DNA of 64,000 nucleotides, from positions 675-64,674 of the forward strand of contig JAFGSB010000126.1 in assembly GCA_016934825.1 (NCBI GenBank), written 5' to 3'. Origin of the DNA: Candidatus Zhuqueibacterota bacterium (lineage in GTDB: Bacteria; Zhuqueibacterota; Zhuqueibacteria; Residuimicrobiales; Krinioviventaceae). Below are positions 63,410 to 64,000 of the stretch, in pieces. How positions within the stretch are numbered: the stretch's first letter is position 1; every line of letters begins with the position of its first letter. Made by a program: the position numbers and the translations under genes. Below the pieces are notes generated by a model that ran no database searches, was not told where the DNA came from, and was given only the letters and a program-made list of their open reading frames with translations.

Positions 63410-64000
63410 TTAAATAATTTGTTTTTCCTGTATATACTCACCGATGAAATGAATACACAGTACCGATAAAAAAATAGCGGCACCCGGAAAGACGCTAATC
63501 CACCAACCGTCAATCAACACATGCCGCCCATCATTTATTATATTGCCCCAACTTGGCGTCGGGGGTTGTATTCCAAGGCCAATAAAACTCAATGCGGATT
63601 CAATTAATATCACATTTCCAAGCATAAGTGTTGCCGAAACGACAACAGGTCCAATCAAATTGGGTAATATATGCCTCAATAATATTCGCAACTGCGAGAC
63701 ACCGATGACTCTTTCCGCTAAAATATAATCCAGTTCTTTAATTGATAGCGTCTGATTACGGACCAAACGGGCAACATCCATCCAACTGAATAAACCTATG
63801 ATTAAAATTACCCAAACAACCGTATTTTCATCAATTACGGCAATCACCACCAAAATCAATAAAAACTGTGGAACCGCCATAAACAGATTGATAAACCAGC
63901 TTAGAACAGCATCAAGTTTTTGACCAACATAGCCTGAGATCAAACCATAGGGTATACCAATGAACATAGACAGTATTACAGACATCAAAGCAATTAAAAA
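63410..64000 (-). CDS. ABC peptide/nickel transporter permease (OppC/DppC-like), C-terminal ~195 codons; the gene continues past the right window edge
   Basis: GIPYGLISGYVGQKLDAVL...AVPQFLLILV...SWGNII is a BPD_transp_1 pattern. The reading frame stays open through position 64000. Confidence 0.75.
   Translation of the reverse strand, partial: FLIALMSVILSMFIGIPYGLISGYVGQKLDAVLSWFINLFMAVPQFLLILVVIAVIDENTVVWVILIIGLFSWMDVARLVRNQTLSIKELDYILAERVIGVSQLRILLRHILPNLIGPVVVSATLMLGNVILIESALSFIGLGIQPPTPSWGNIINDGRHVLIDGWWISVFPGAAIFLSVLCIHFIGEYIQEKQII

Noticed and set aside
1-64000. CRISPR arrays, IS elements, integrases, prophage or toxin-antitoxin pairs
   Set aside because: Scanning the intergenic regions and ORF translations showed no regularly spaced direct repeats and no DDE/tyrosine/serine recombinase motifs. 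No small paired ORFs typical of TA modules were seen either. Short or degenerate elements could have been missed by eye.

Overview
Bacterial chromosomal segment with about 60 genes, one tRNA (Pro-TGG), no rRNA, no CRISPR array and no recognisable transposase or integrase. All calls come from reading motifs in the supplied translations and the raw DNA; no searches were run. Left to right: (i) a partial Nudix gene (missed by the ORF track), pgi, cstA and an FMN-binding membrane protein. (ii) A convergent glycan cluster with two GH130-family genes (one fused to a receiver domain) and two GT4 glycosyltransferases. (iii) A 1-kb AT-rich ORF-free spacer. (iv) A 17.4-kb single-strand type IV pilus / T2SS-like operon: pilin-like gene, PilC, PilB, REC-cNMP regulator, a histidine kinase without a catalytic domain, PilT, PilM-N fusion, PilO-P-like fusion, secretin with a C-terminal extension, a 956-aa Big_1 lipoprotein, three proteins with pilin-like N-terminal helices, and HDOD. 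None of the pilin-like proteins has a canonical class III (G|FxxxE) signal, and no prepilin peptidase is visible. (v) A plus-strand housekeeping block: PorX-like REC-PglZ regulator, tsaE, tsaB, rimI, accD, surE, guaA, glmS, LpoA-like protein, OMP, uppP, holA, ECF sigma / anti-sigma / an HtrA-like protein with all three catalytic residues replaced, rdgB, tRNA-Pro. (vi) A hairpin-dense 0.46-kb ORF-free spacer bounded by two homologous hairpins that differ by compensatory substitutions. (vii) A GC-richer cluster with a near-consensus sigma54 promoter that resembles the Desulfovibrio orp cluster: two NifX-like proteins, two DUF5320-like proteins, a radical SAM protein, a fused double MinD-ferredoxin ATPase and a PAS-AAA+ enhancer-binding protein. 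(viii) An AT-rich signalling block (GAF-histidine kinase, family-5 solute-binding lipoprotein, 1250-aa Ser/Thr kinase-NTPase-TPR, lipoprotein, degenerate GAF-kinase paralogue) and a partial OppC/DppC permease. Gene content (PorX-like regulator next to tsaE, anaerobe-type orp-like cluster, cstA) hints at an uncultured anaerobic FCB-group-like bacterium, but taxonomy cannot be established from the window. The best candidates for an undescribed system are the non-canonical pilus locus and the orp-like cluster.
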